Assembly (NCBI GenBank): GCA_013265495.1 | Contig: MU058433.1 | Span: 275,739-295,738, forward strand | Direction: 5' to 3' | Length of the DNA: 20,000 nucleotides | Source of the DNA: Vicugna vicugna | Taxonomy: Eukaryota | Shown: positions 1 through 10,519 of the stretch, one piece after another | How positions within the stretch are numbered: position 1 is the stretch's first letter | Layout: each line of letters starts with the position of its first letter | Made by a program: the position numbers and the translations under genes | Notes under the pieces: generated by a model | Seen by the model: only the letters and a program-made list of their open reading frames with translations | Database searches by the model: none | What the model was told of the DNA's origin: nothing

Positions 1-925
1 AAACTCCAAAAAATTAGAAAAAATAGAAAAATTGACAGAAGACTTAGACACTTCACAAAAGAGAATAAATAGCAAACAGTCACATGAAATGTTGCATAGT
101 ATCAGTCAATAGGGAAATGCAAATTAAAACCACCAGACAACACTAAATACACTGAATATTTAAAATTAAAAGAACTGACAATATCAATTTTTAGCATGAT
201 GTGAAGCAACTAAAACTTTCATATATTGTTGGTGAGGGTGTAAATTGACAGAAAAATTTTGGAAAACTGTTTTGCAGTACTTATTAAAGATAAATATACA
301 CTATTCTATGACCCACAAATTACACTTCCAGAAATATTCCCCAAAGATATGAGTATTTATATCTACCAAATGATATATACATAAATGTTCAAGATAGTGC
401 CAAAAATGTCCCCAAATTGAAAACAAGGCCCATCAATGGCAGGATGAAAAAATGTATATATATTATAGATAAGTAGGTAGGTAGATAGGACCTTTATATA
501 TAAATATATACATATATATCATATAAAATTAAATATTTGTATTATATAATATTTGTATATTTATTATGTTATAGTTATTAAACATATATAAAGTATCATA
601 ATACTACACAGGAATTAAAAAGAATTAAGTGCTGCTATACAAGGCAATATATGAATCTTACAAATTTACTACTGAATGAGAGAAGCTAGATATAAAAGTG
701 TATCCTGTTAATTTCTATTATATAAAGTTTTTAAAAAGACACAAGGAAATCTATGGTGCTGAGATAAAAATTGTGGTTATCTTTGGGGGCCATGTGAAAG
801 CTTCTCGGTGGATGGAGATATTCTGAACTTGGGTCTAGGTGTTGGTAACACAGGTATACTTAAAATTTGTGCACTGTACTCTCTGTGCACTGTATGCTCT
901 GTAAGATATAACTCAATTTAAAGAA
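1..925 (+). mobile_element. Old LINE-1 (L1M-type), degraded ORF2 C-terminal region and 3'UTR
   Basis: L1 hallmarks: AGGGAAATGCAAATTAAAACCAC, TTGGAAAACTGTTTTGCAGT, CTATGACCCACAAATTACACTTC, CCAAATTGAAAACAA. Contains an internal TA-rich low-complexity patch at ~452-600. Confidence 0.85.
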
Positions 926-994
926 GAGGAGTAAAAGAAAGATCTCATGGAAATGGTTGATATTATTGCAGAATTTTTTCCCAATATATTAGAT

Positions 995-1850
995 CAATGT
1001 TTCTCAAAATTGTTAGTCTTACTATCCAATTTACTCTATTAAATTTACTTAAATCTTAGAGAGCTTTCGTTTAACTGGTGCATATCTACAAATATTGACT
1101 GTGTTCAAAATTAAAATAAAAATTTTAAAGTATTAGTTAATTTAAAATTATACTGTCTATTTTACATACATACACATTTTTATGAAAAATAACTTTTTAT
1201 AAGCAAACAAAAAATAGTCAGAAGTAACATTATTTTAAATTTTGCAAGTATTTTAACATCTGAGTTAATAGAAAACACCTAGATTCTATCTGCTTCTGCA
1301 TGCAAGCTGTTGAACTATGTTGTTTCATTTAATACTTATGAAGAAAATATGACCCCACATAGATATATAGTTGGAAGAAGGGGAAGTCTTTCATAATTTT
1401 TTGGTTAATTGTGGACATTCTTCTTTGATACTACATCCAAAATTGACAGCATATAGTCTCTTAAAGATTAGTTGCAATGTAAAACCTGAAACCACATGAT
1501 AATCTGTTGCATTAAAACTGTTGATAATCTGTTGCATTAAAATACATTGGTCTATCTTGCATTGAAATTAGTCTTCACATACGCATCATTCTGTAACATC
1601 CAACATTTGTCAACTGGAAATATTGGCTCACTGAGTTATGCAGATCTTTCAAATGTTGACATAGTTTATTTTTACAATAGTAATCACACACCATATGGAC
1701 TCTAGAAAATCCCTTGGTATATTAGTAAGAGCATGAAACTGAAAAAGGCAAATAATACCTTAATATTACTATGAAAATTGTTGGGACTTCATGGACTCTC
1801 CCAAATAGTCTTGAAGTTCTCAGGGATCCATGTGTAACAAACACTTCAAC
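995..1850. mobile_element. hAT-Charlie DNA transposon fossil (Charlie1-like internal-deletion derivative)
   Basis: Starts with the TIR-like CAATGTTTCTCAAA. Internal matches to the recalled Charlie1 consensus: AGATTCTATCTGCTTCTGCAT, GTGGACATTCTTCTTTGATACTACA, AAAGATTAGTTGCAATGT, TGAAAAAGGCAAATAAT...ATTACTATGAAAAT. The right end is degenerate. Confidence 0.8.
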
Positions 1851-2673
1851 ATGTGTCTCATTTGATGTTCCAGAGGTAAAAGTGGAGGGAACAAGATAGA
1901 TGACTGATGATCAGTGAACCAGGGAGAAGGTATTATTGAACTGAAAGATTACAAGGGAAAAACTATATCCAAAATGTTTTCACACATCTGGTAGTTGTGA
2001 GCATTATTTACACGGTGTCCATGAGTATTCTAAATAAGTAGTTTTATGCAATAGTGAAAACTCTCTGATATCAGTAAATAACTGAGGAATAATAAATCAA
2101 TATTCAGAAACAGCATAGGTGTTTTGACTCATCTATTGCATTTGTTATTTTTTGAGGACTAACCTATACATTACACATATTCTTTACTTCTTGAGTAAAT
2201 TGGTCTGCATCGCTTTTTATAATATAATGTTTACTGAGTGGTATTCTTTTAAAATCCATGACTTCCATTTTTATCTGTATATTATCATCATAGTTCATAA
2301 ACTGAATTTTGGCATCAAAGACTGCCAAGCCTGGGAAATATCCTGAAAAGCCATTTCATTTCTCATCTATGGGAAAGATTACATAGGCAAGACTCTTAAG
2401 AACTCTCAAAAGGTTAAGAAAATATCTTACATGGATATATTAGAGGAAATCTGTAGCAAGTCAGTATCAATGACTTGGTTAAAACTGGTCATGGAGAAAA
2501 AATTAGAGAAAGCACTGGAATATAAATCCAGAATTCTCTCTACATTTTCCCACTATAGTTGCAAAAAACAAATAAATTGTGGAAAAGGCATGATATCACA
2601 TGTGAGTGATTGTGTGATATCATACATAAGTTTCTTCTTTGTTGTTTTTCATTCATCTTTCTTCTATCTAATT

Positions 2674-3639
2674 TCAGTTGTCCTGAACACTTTCACCTTT
2701 CTCACCCTGGAAGAGCTTTATGACATTGTCTCGAATCTGTTTTGTCTTTACTCCATAAACAATGGGATTCAGAGTTGGGGGAAGAAGCAGATAAAGATTA
2801 GCCACAATGATGTGAAGAGAAGTGGGAATGGTGTGTCCTCCGAAACGATGTGTAAAGAAAGTAAAGAATGCTGGAACATAGGTGATAATGATGGCAGATA
2901 TATGGGCAGTGCAGGTGCTGAAGGCCTTCTGCCGAGTGTCTGCTGATGAGAGGCTAACCACTGTCCGGAGGATCATAGTGTAAGACACAGATACACAGCA
3001 GATGTCAAACACTCCAATCAGGAGGGCAACCATCAGACCATAGATGACATTGACCTTGATACTGGCACAAGATAACTTCACCACTGACATGTGGTCACAA
3101 TATGTATGAGAGACAATATTGCTTTGGCAGAAGGGCAAACGCTTGACCAAAAATGGAAAAGGAATCATCAGCAACACACCCCTCAGGAAAGTGGCAAGCC
3201 CAGCTTTGGCAATGATAGGGTTAGTGAGTATGGTAGCATAACGTAATGGATAGCAAATGGCCAGATAGCAGTCCAGGGCCATAAGCATGAGCACACCAGA
3301 CTCCACACCTGTGAACCCATGGACAAAGAACATCTGGGCTAAGCAAGCATTGAAATTAATTTCCTTGAGATTGAACCAGAAGATGCAGAGGGCATTGGGT
3401 AGAGTAGTGGTGCAGGTAAAGAGGTCAATGAGGGAAAGCATTGCCAGAAAAAAGTACATTGGACGATGTAAGGACTCCTCATGATGAATAAGGTACACAA
3501 GGCCAAGGTTTCCCACGAGGGAGATGATGTACATTGTGCAGAGTGGGAGGGAGATCCATATATGTGCTCTTTCCAGACCAGGAACTCCATTAAGAATAAA
3601 AGATTTGGGGGTCATATATGAATTGTTGGAAACCAGCAT
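2674..3639 (-). CDS. OR52N5: Class I olfactory receptor, OR52N5-like; intact 321-aa single-exon ORF with atypical DCY instead of DRY
   Basis: OR motifs are present: N-glycosylation sequon NNS, FILNGVPGLE, LHRPMYFFLAML, MALDCYLAICYPLRY, HTYCDHMSVVKLSC, KAFSTCTAH, PPTLNPIVYGVKTKQIR. Closely matches my recollection of human OR52N5 (e.g. LIDL.TCTTTLPNALCIFWF, KLSCASIKVNVIYGLMVALLIGVFDICC). Confidence 0.93.
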   Translation of the reverse strand: MLVSNNSYMTPKSFILNGVPGLERAHIWISLPLCTMYIISLVGNLGLVYLIHHEESLHRPMYFFLAMLSLIDLFTCTTTLPNALCIFWFNLKEINFNACLAQMFFVHGFTGVESGVLMLMALDCYLAICYPLRYATILTNPIIAKAGLATFLRGVLLMIPFPFLVKRLPFCQSNIVSHTYCDHMSVVKLSCASIKVNVIYGLMVALLIGVFDICCVSVSYTMILRTVVSLSSADTRQKAFSTCTAHISAIIITYVPAFFTFFTHRFGGHTIPTSLHIIVANLYLLLPPTLNPIVYGVKTKQIRDNVIKLFQGEKGESVQDN

Positions 3640-3661
3640 AACCAGTTCAACAGAGAAACTA

Positions 3662-3705
3662 TTTCTCCATAAGTCTCTATCCTGAGAAGAAACTAAAAAA
3701 ATAGA
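3662..3705 (-). promoter_or_regulatory. Putative splice acceptor of the OR52N5 coding exon (AG at 3683-3682)
   Basis: Minus strand reads TTTCTATTTTTTTAGTTTCTTCTCAG|GATAG, about 42 nt upstream of the ATG. This is the typical OR arrangement of a 5'UTR intron before a single coding exon. Confidence 0.65.
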
Positions 3706-3914
3706 AATCTAATTCAGATCATCCTTGAGAATGCAGACTTAAATCTGGAATAAAATTATATTTATAATAGAACCAACAATTGTTAATAATAGAGACTAGG
3801 AAAAGGCACAGCTTATTGAATAATAGTATATTATAGGTAATTTTTTTTTAATTTTATAAACAATCTAAATATAATTTTAAAGCCATAATTACAAAGTTGT
3901 AGTTTCTGTTTTGT

Positions 3915-4040
3915 CATCAGATAGAAGAAGAAACTGAGGCACAGGAAGACTGAATAATGTTGAATGTCACAAAGCTAGATTCAGAGACAGAAATGATATT
4001 CATATATGACTCTAACATTCATGCAATGTCTTTACTCTGC
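3915..4040 (-). mobile_element. MIR SINE fragment
   Basis: GAAGAAACTGAGGCACAGGAAGACTGAATAATGTTG...GTCACAAAGCTAG matches the reverse complement of the MIR core. Confidence 0.7.
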
Positions 4041-4129
4041 ATCCTGGTTTGACAGAGTACATAGCTTATGACAGCAAGTTATAATTGTATGAAAGAAATA
4101 GCACAGAATTTATTTATTACATTAATTTT

Positions 4130-4360
4130 GTGTGGCAAAATATAAGGCAAAAGTATGGTTATTTACACAAAATAAGATCTTATTCAAATTTCAGTTCTTT
4201 CTATACCAATTGTATGACTTCACTCTTAAAGTTTCAGTGTCCATCTATAATGCAAGGCTAGTGACACCTACCTCAAGGAGTTCTGAAAAAATAATCAGAA
4301 ATGTATTTTACTCCTCGACTAGTATCTGGCGGATTGAATACACTAATTCAAAATGCAAGT
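4130..4360 (+). mobile_element. Degraded MIR SINE
   Basis: TTCAAATTTCAGTTCT...TGTATGACTT...GTTTCAGTGTCCATCTATAATGC...CACCTACCTCAAGGAGTT follows MIR consensus order. Confidence 0.6.
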
Positions 4361-4539
4361 GTGGATGTTAAATGGATATGAGATATAAGGATAGTGGCCA
4401 CGAGGGTCAATCTAACTTGATTGTTCCATGAAAAAGAAAAAGAAAAAATCTCCCTTTCTCAAATACCCTATAATCCTTCAAGGTCATTAAGGTAATCTAT
4501 TTCCTTTCTATGTCTTCTGTTTTCACATAATTCCTGAGA

Positions 4540-5430
4540 AGCATATTCTTGGGACTCTCCCTTTATTCTCTCTCTTGGAAACATTTCCACTCTCATGACC
4601 TCAAGCATAGCCAACATGAAGATAATTTTCAGATAATTAATTTTATAAGAAAGCTATGTCACAATTGTTGAGTCTCCCTTCTAAATGCATACTGGATATT
4701 GCCATCTTAAATGTCCACAGACAGTTTAAATCCATCATGTCCAAGACTAAATCAGTACTTCAACCTCTATCCCATGTCAAAATAAGCTCCATTTCTGAGC
4801 TCTGTCTTTCAGATAATGGTGTCATCTCCTACCACATGATCTACCAATGTCTCTGTGACCTTCTCAGGTGCGCCTCTACCTCATCTTGGGTATGTTTTCT
4901 CAGGGCGCCTGAGTTCTTACTCTGTCCAGGTCACCTCATCATGTGTATTATCTGTGCTCCATCCTCTCAGACAAGGAAAGGAATATGTTTTCAATCCAGA
5001 AATATTTTTAATATCAGCCCTTCCTTTCTATTACTACTCACTGTCTTTTAAAGACCACCCAGCTACATGCACTATTCCTTTGTTTTGCCTCTTGTATTTT
5101 TCAAATTGAATTTGTCCTTTGGCATAATTTTGAAGGCATTTTAATCTATTACTTTAATGTCTTCTCATCAATTTGAGTGTAGAGCTCAGATTTCTTGGCA
5201 TGGCATTGAATAAAGTAAAATTTAGTTTTTAGTTTCTCTTTCCCATGTTATTTCTTTCCATTCCCTAAGCACCCAAAAGTGTCCTGGTCTGGATGATGAA
5301 TTACATGGTCATTGTATCCTAGCATTTCATGCTTAAACTTTGCTGACTACTTGCAAATCCCAAAATACTACATATAACTTCAAGCCTATGTTGTTTTGCT
5401 CAATTTATTTCTCTTATTTGAAAACACCTC
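4540..5430 (+). mobile_element. Fragmented L2 LINE
   Basis: L2-like stretches: TCCACTCTCATGACCTCAAG, CTGGATATTGCCATCTTAAATGTCCACAGACAGTTTAAATCCATCATGTCCAAGACTAAATC, AGCTCAGATTTCTTGGCATGGCATT. Pyrimidine-rich; boundaries uncertain. Confidence 0.6.
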
Positions 5431-5524
5431 TGCCGCTGAGAGATAGAATGTCACTTCCTTTAAAGAGGAGGGTGCATTTCAGAGTCCAGGATAAGCTACT
5501 GTCACTAATTCCTAGGCCCAAGTA

Positions 5525-5615
5525 CAGGATGTTTAAATTTGCTTGCCCAAAGCTATTAGTGGCCAATTCAGAATAAAATCTAGGTCTATCTAGCTCAGAC
5601 TTTACATCTGCTTCA
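5525..5615 (-). mobile_element. Short MIR fragment
   Basis: GTTTAAATTTGCTTGCCCAAAGCTATTAGTGGC...AGAATAAAATCTAGGTCTATCTAGCTC resembles the reverse MIR core. Confidence 0.5.
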
Positions 5616-5876
5616 CAGAACCAAATCCTTGATAAAGGTGAACGAGCAATTGGTCAGTGATTTCTCACTTGTTTGTTTTTGTGTTTCTTTGCTTGCTTGT
5701 TTTCTCTGAGGAATCTTTATAATCTGGGACATCTAAATCTCCCACTTCTTATGACTTCTCCTTGCCCAGTACTCCAGCCATCTTCCAAGTAAAGAATAAG
5801 AGGATTGTGTGGGGTGACTGATACTTTCTTTTTCAAAGGGGAAGGTAATCTGGTTACAAGTACCATTCAGACTTAC

Positions 5877-6057
5877 CCTGAACCTCTCTTACTTCTTGAT
5901 TTTTGCCTGTGGTTCTGGAGAAGTAAAAAGGAGACAGAATATAGAGAAGTGTTGGGAGTACAACGACAAAGGCACAGGAAGACAAGTCCACTTCCAGGTC
6001 TTTTTTCAGTCTTGCATTGAGCCTTTTTCAATGAAAGTGACAAAACAATACACTGTA
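5877..6057 (-). other. Putative non-coding 5'UTR exon of OR52N5
   Basis: Perfect minus-strand donor AGG|GTAAGT at 5877/5876 and a candidate acceptor GTTTTTTGTAG at 6059-6058. A further donor CAG|GTAATG lies at 6154/6153. The region is unique, non-repeat sequence. Confidence 0.45.
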
Positions 6058-7810
6058 CTACAAAAAACATACCACATGGAGATGTGCTTCACCTTACCAC
6101 CTCGTATCAGTCACAATTTCTCTTCCCTCCTTCATAACAGTAGGTTCCATTACCTGATCCAGGTGTCTAAACCTGCAGGATATCACTGGGGCTTCTGCTG
6201 TTTCCTCATCCCATGTTGGGCAGCCATTTGATGCAAAGCTTGTGCTGTGCCCATTGTTGACTCTGGCTCTTTAAAGAGAAAATAGGCTTCTTTAGAATAT
6301 CACTTGATCACAGCCCTCAGAAAAATCAGGATGAATCAGGTAACTGCTTAGGACCCAGGAAGGCCAACAAAGCTTGCTTTTTCACTTTCTTTTCACTTTC
6401 ATGTTGTGCTTCTCTAAAGATGGCCTAGGTCAGCAGTTTTAAAGAGGAATTTAGGCTCTGGGACACAGGAATCAGATCCTATCAGGCATCTGAAGAATCC
6501 TGTCCATGGTCCTCTGGAGAGGACTATCAGAAAAAAAGCTGGATTCAGAAAAGAGAGCTCTAGATTCTCTGAGACTTGTTTCATCTTTTATTATTGTTGT
6601 TCTAAAATTTTCTTCCTGAAATGTTAAATTCAATTTTAGTTTCACATGGTGCTATCACTAAGACTGAATATTTCAAGTGTATGGACTCTAAATTAAACAG
6701 TTTCATTTGTTAATTTTTTTTAAATTCCACTAAGCATCCACCAAGTGCCAGACAACGTACACTTTGGCATTTAGCATAAGGCTTTTCTGCGCCTCCACTC
6801 TGGTTCTTCTAGGTTTACCTTGTGTATAAACAGCCAACTTGCATACAACTTAAATATTTACCCACATGTCTAAAGAAAGAAAACAGTAGCAGTACTCTTT
6901 ACTTGCTTGTTTAACTATTTAAATATTTACTTATTTATTATTTAATTAATTTATGAACTTAATTAAATTCCTATAATGAATATGCCAGTTTAATATTACC
7001 ATACTTATTTTATCTAACCAAAATGCAACATGTTCAATAGCTTGCCAAAAAATAAAGAATTTTGTGCTCTCTACACTAGATACTAATGAAACATATCCCC
7101 TTCTTTCTTAATCCAAATCAGTTTCTCTACTTGAAAGTTACCTTTCTCCCACTCTGCTACCCTCATATTTTCCCCATTTTTTCATAATGATGATAATAAC
7201 CTGGAGACCTATATACCAGAACTATTTGTGTATTTATCACATCCCTCTACTGACTTGTGAGCTATTTTGGTACATAAGCCAAATCTGCTACCTGTTTTAT
7301 CCCATGAATGAAGATAGTATCTGGATTAAAAAAAGAAGTAAGTTGGAATTAGATTGGCTGACTGCACGTTGCATAACTGAACTGAAGAAAGAAAAGGCAG
7401 TGGGAAAGGGTGGGCTAGTGACTTCAAGGGAAAAGAATGTACCTATTTATCTTTTCCTGATTTAAGGCATCTTAGAGTTACTATTGTCTAATTCTCTGTG
7501 TCTCTCATAATGTCACATAGTTATAAAAATAAATAATAGAAAGAGAAGAACTCTCTTATACTCTAAAGGAGATTCTGGGAATCTCTAGCTTCTTTCTTGC
7601 CAACAAAAGAGCACACATCCCTTACTAGAACTATCTCCACTTTGAAGATGATATAATCATGTTCTTCCTAAATTTTCCCAGGCTAAGAATTCACCAAGCA
7701 ACATCCTCTGTACGGCAATGCCCTTGATCCTTGTAATGACACAGGCAGACTGGCACAAGACTAGGTTTTGTCATAAAATAAGCCCAGAATCAAATGTCTA
7801 GAAGTCATTT

Positions 7811-8290
7811 CCTTACCCACACATATCTCCAGACAAGAAGGAATATGAAAGGTGCTCATGCCAGAGAGAGAGAATGTACACAAGGGTAGCGCCCTGGTAC
7901 CACCTTATAGTCCTTATATCTCAAGCATTTAGTCTAGAAGGCTTCCCCCCAGGAAACAGACATAATTTCATATCCTCAGGAATCCCAAGCTTCAGTGTGA
8001 AACAGGGCTTAAGAGCTCCCAGAGACCATGGATCCCTAAGGGAAAGCTTGATACAAAGCTTTAGATACTTGGGAAAAATTAAAACCCCCAACCATAACAG
8101 GTCTCCAAATAAGAGGAGTCCAGAAAATGATTCCCATGGTACAGATATCCCACCATTAGGATTACAAGTTGGAAACGCTTATCTAGGGCAATTACAAATA
8201 AAGCAAAATATCTGTGTGTGTGACTGTGTGATGTATTTAGTTGTTCTTTCATTATGAATTCTAAAATATTATACTCACTAATTAAAAAAG
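7811..8290 (-). promoter_or_regulatory. Candidate OR promoter / first exon upstream of OR52N5 with clustered O/E(EBF)-like sites
   Basis: O/E-like motifs TCCCAGAGA (8017-8025), TCCCTAAGGGA (8033-8043) and TCCCCCCAGGAA (~7945); homeodomain-like CTAATTA (~8278); minus-strand donor TGG|GTAAGG at 7817/7816. Motif evidence only. Confidence 0.4.
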
Positions 8291-8442
8291 AGAAAAATAC
8301 AGCAATAAAAACATTTTTAAAGAACACATTTTCAACAGTAAGAAATACATGCTACTAGGATTTTGTGTTTCTTTATTTCCATGCATATGTAATTTTAAGA
8401 AATCAGAGTCACAAGGTGTTTCTTGCTGATTGCTCCAATTTA

Positions 8443-8955
8443 TATATGCAGACAACGAAATATTATTCAGCCATAAGAAAGAAAAAACCCCACCATTTGT
8501 GATTACATGGATGAATCTTGAACAATTCATGATATGTGAGATAAGTCAGATAAAGACAAGTACTGTATAATATCATTTATATGTAGCATCTGAAAAAGCC
8601 AATTCATAAAAACAGAGAGTAGAATGGTGGTTACAAAAAGGTTGGGGGTGGGGAATTGGGTAAATGTTGTTTAAGGGTACAAATCTGGAATCATTAGATA
8701 AATAAATCCTGGAGGTATAATACTCAGCATAGTGACTAAAGATGACAACATTATATGATAAACTTCAAAGTTGCTAACAGACTAGATCTTAATTGTTCTC
8801 ACCACATAAAGGAAATGGTAACTGCATGGCATGATAGGGGCATTAGCTATGGTGGTAATCATATAGCAATATGCAAATGTATCAAATAACACATGTTGTA
8901 CACCTTAAACTCGTATCATGTTATATGTCAATTATATCTCATAAAAATAAAATTT
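8443..8955 (+). mobile_element. 5'-truncated LINE-1 3' end (L1MA9-like)
   Basis: AATATTATTCAGCCATAAGAAAG, ACATGGATGAATCTTGA, AGAGAGTAGAATGGTGGTTAC, AAGTTGCTAACAGACTAGATCTTAATTGTTCTCACCAC, GTTGTACACCTTAAACT...TATGTCAATTATATCTCA, followed by an A-rich tail. Confidence 0.88.
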
Positions 8956-9270
8956 TTAAAAAGGACGAATAAATTATCAGTTTATTATTATCAGTGACTT
9001 ATACACTAATTTAAATAAGTTTATTCAAATCACTTTTTAAAATTATTTATAAAAGGCTATCCTTGTCAAGAAAATGAAAATAAATATGCAGTTATAAGTT
9101 AAAATAGAGGAGAGTGCTGTGTTTCTCCTGGCATTAAAAAGTACCAAATTGCGTGGAGACAGATAGCAAAATATAAATAATAAAAGTAGTAAGGGAAGTG
9201 ATTAGCAATGAATGAACGATTTCAACAAATTCTTGGAAGAAATAACATGAGATGGTGTTAATGAAAGAAA

Positions 9271-9478
9271 GAATGCAATCAACAGAGTGAAAGGCGATCT
9301 ATGGAATGGGGGAAAATATTTGGAAATTATACATCTAATAAAGGATTAATATCCAAAATATATAAGGAACTCCTACAACAACTCAATTACAAAAAAAGTT
9401 AATAATCCAATTTTTTAAAAAGAGCTATGAATATATAGTTCCCTAGAGAAGATATACAAATGGCCAACAGGTATATGA
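9271..9478 (+). mobile_element. Internal LINE-1 ORF2 fragment
   Basis: CAATCAACAGAGTGAAAGGC...ATGGAATGGGGGAAAATATTTG, GGATTAATATCCAAAATATATAAGGAACTCCTACAAC, AGAAGATATACAAATGGCCAACAGGTATATGA. Confidence 0.85.
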
Positions 9479-9682
9479 TTTTATTATATACATTCACACC
9501 CAATTCATGTGAATATTCATATAATTACAGCAATTCAGATACTGCTTATTAGTTTTCAACTATTATAATCAAATAATACACAAATCTGGGAAGATTGTCA
9601 GAATCATAGCAAGTGGTAATGATCTCAAGAACAGATAATTAAAGACATTAACATTGAGGTTGGAAGTAGCCTGGAAAGAAGA

Positions 9683-9820
9683 ATACACATACATACATAT
9701 TTATATGTATATTTGTGTGTGATTTACGTATATGTGTGTGTGTACATGTATAACACTTGTGTATACCTGTATAAATGTATACACATACACACAGACACAC
9801 ACATATAAGTCACACACAGA
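9683..9820. repeat. Degenerate (TA/TG/CA)n purine-pyrimidine alternating low-complexity tract
   Basis: ACACATACATACATAT...TATATGTGTGTGTGTACATG...ATACACATACACACAGACACACACAT. Confidence 0.75.
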
Positions 9821-10220
9821 TGACATATTGGAATTGAGTTAACATCTTCATTGTCTATAACAGAGTAGCTGGTAATCAAACTAAAGGTCATACACAGCTT
9901 GGAATAAAAGAAGTGACCACCAAAGAACAACAGTAGCATCCATGCACACATACAATGGTTTTAACTCTACCTCCGCAAGAGAATGAGATGGAAGAGACTT
10001 TCAAGATGAAGGTTTTGAATTTTTTCCTATGATTATCTTGTCTATGTTGTTTGATTATAATTTTTATAAATGCACATATTATTTGCACTAAATTCAGCAT
10101 ACTTCTGAAAGAAAAGAAAGCATACATATTTTGTAAGCCAAAGACAGATTGCATAGGAGGCAAGGAAGAAAATGTTTCACAGTTTAGGGAGGTCAGAGAG
10201 TGTGCCCAAGACATGTTATT

Positions 10221-10500
10221 ATACACTATTTTTTTTAATTGAATTACAGTCAATTACAATGTGTCAATCTCTGGTGTACAGCACAACATCCCAGTCTTGC
10301 ATATACATATATATATATTCATTTCCATGTTTTTTCCATTAAAGGTTATTACAGTATATTGATCATAGTTACCCATGCTATACAAAAGAAACTTTTTTAA
10401 CCTATTTTTATATATAGTAGCTAATATTTGTAAATCTCAAACTCCCAAGTTTATCCCCTCCCATCCCCTTTCCCCCGTAACCATAAGATTGTTTACTAAG
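10221..10500 (-). mobile_element. Short 5'-truncated lineage-specific L1 3'UTR insertion with 15-bp target-site duplication
   Basis: The TSD CCAAGACATGTTATT occurs at 10206-10220 and 10501-10515. A T-tract (poly-A on the minus strand) lies at ~10229-10236. The body is homologous in reverse to the L1 tail at 13420-13670 (ACAATGTGTCAATCTCTGGTGTACAGCACAA; CCCCTCCCATCCCCTTTCCCCCGTAACCATAAG). Confidence 0.9.
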
Positions 10501-10519
10501 CCAAGACATGTTATTTTAA

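Noticed and set aside
868..902. Short tandem duplication TGTGCACTGTA x2, also TTTTCACTTTC x2 near 6379-6400 and an 8-bp-arm palindrome at 14511-14528
   Set aside because: Too short; consistent with ordinary slippage or chance in AT-rich DNA.
2431..2946. 171-aa plus-strand ORF overlapping the OR52N5 3' end, and antisense ORFs 3287-3484 and 12023-12229
   Set aside because: These are antisense shadows of OR coding sequence. The similarity between the two short ones only reflects OR paralogy, and no independent domain is recognisable.
4132..8530. Short ORFs of 60-130 aa in the intergenic region (e.g. 4656-5051, 5896-6231, 7874-8257)
   Set aside because: No recognisable domains; many use non-ATG starts or lie in L2/MIR fossils; their lengths are as expected by chance.
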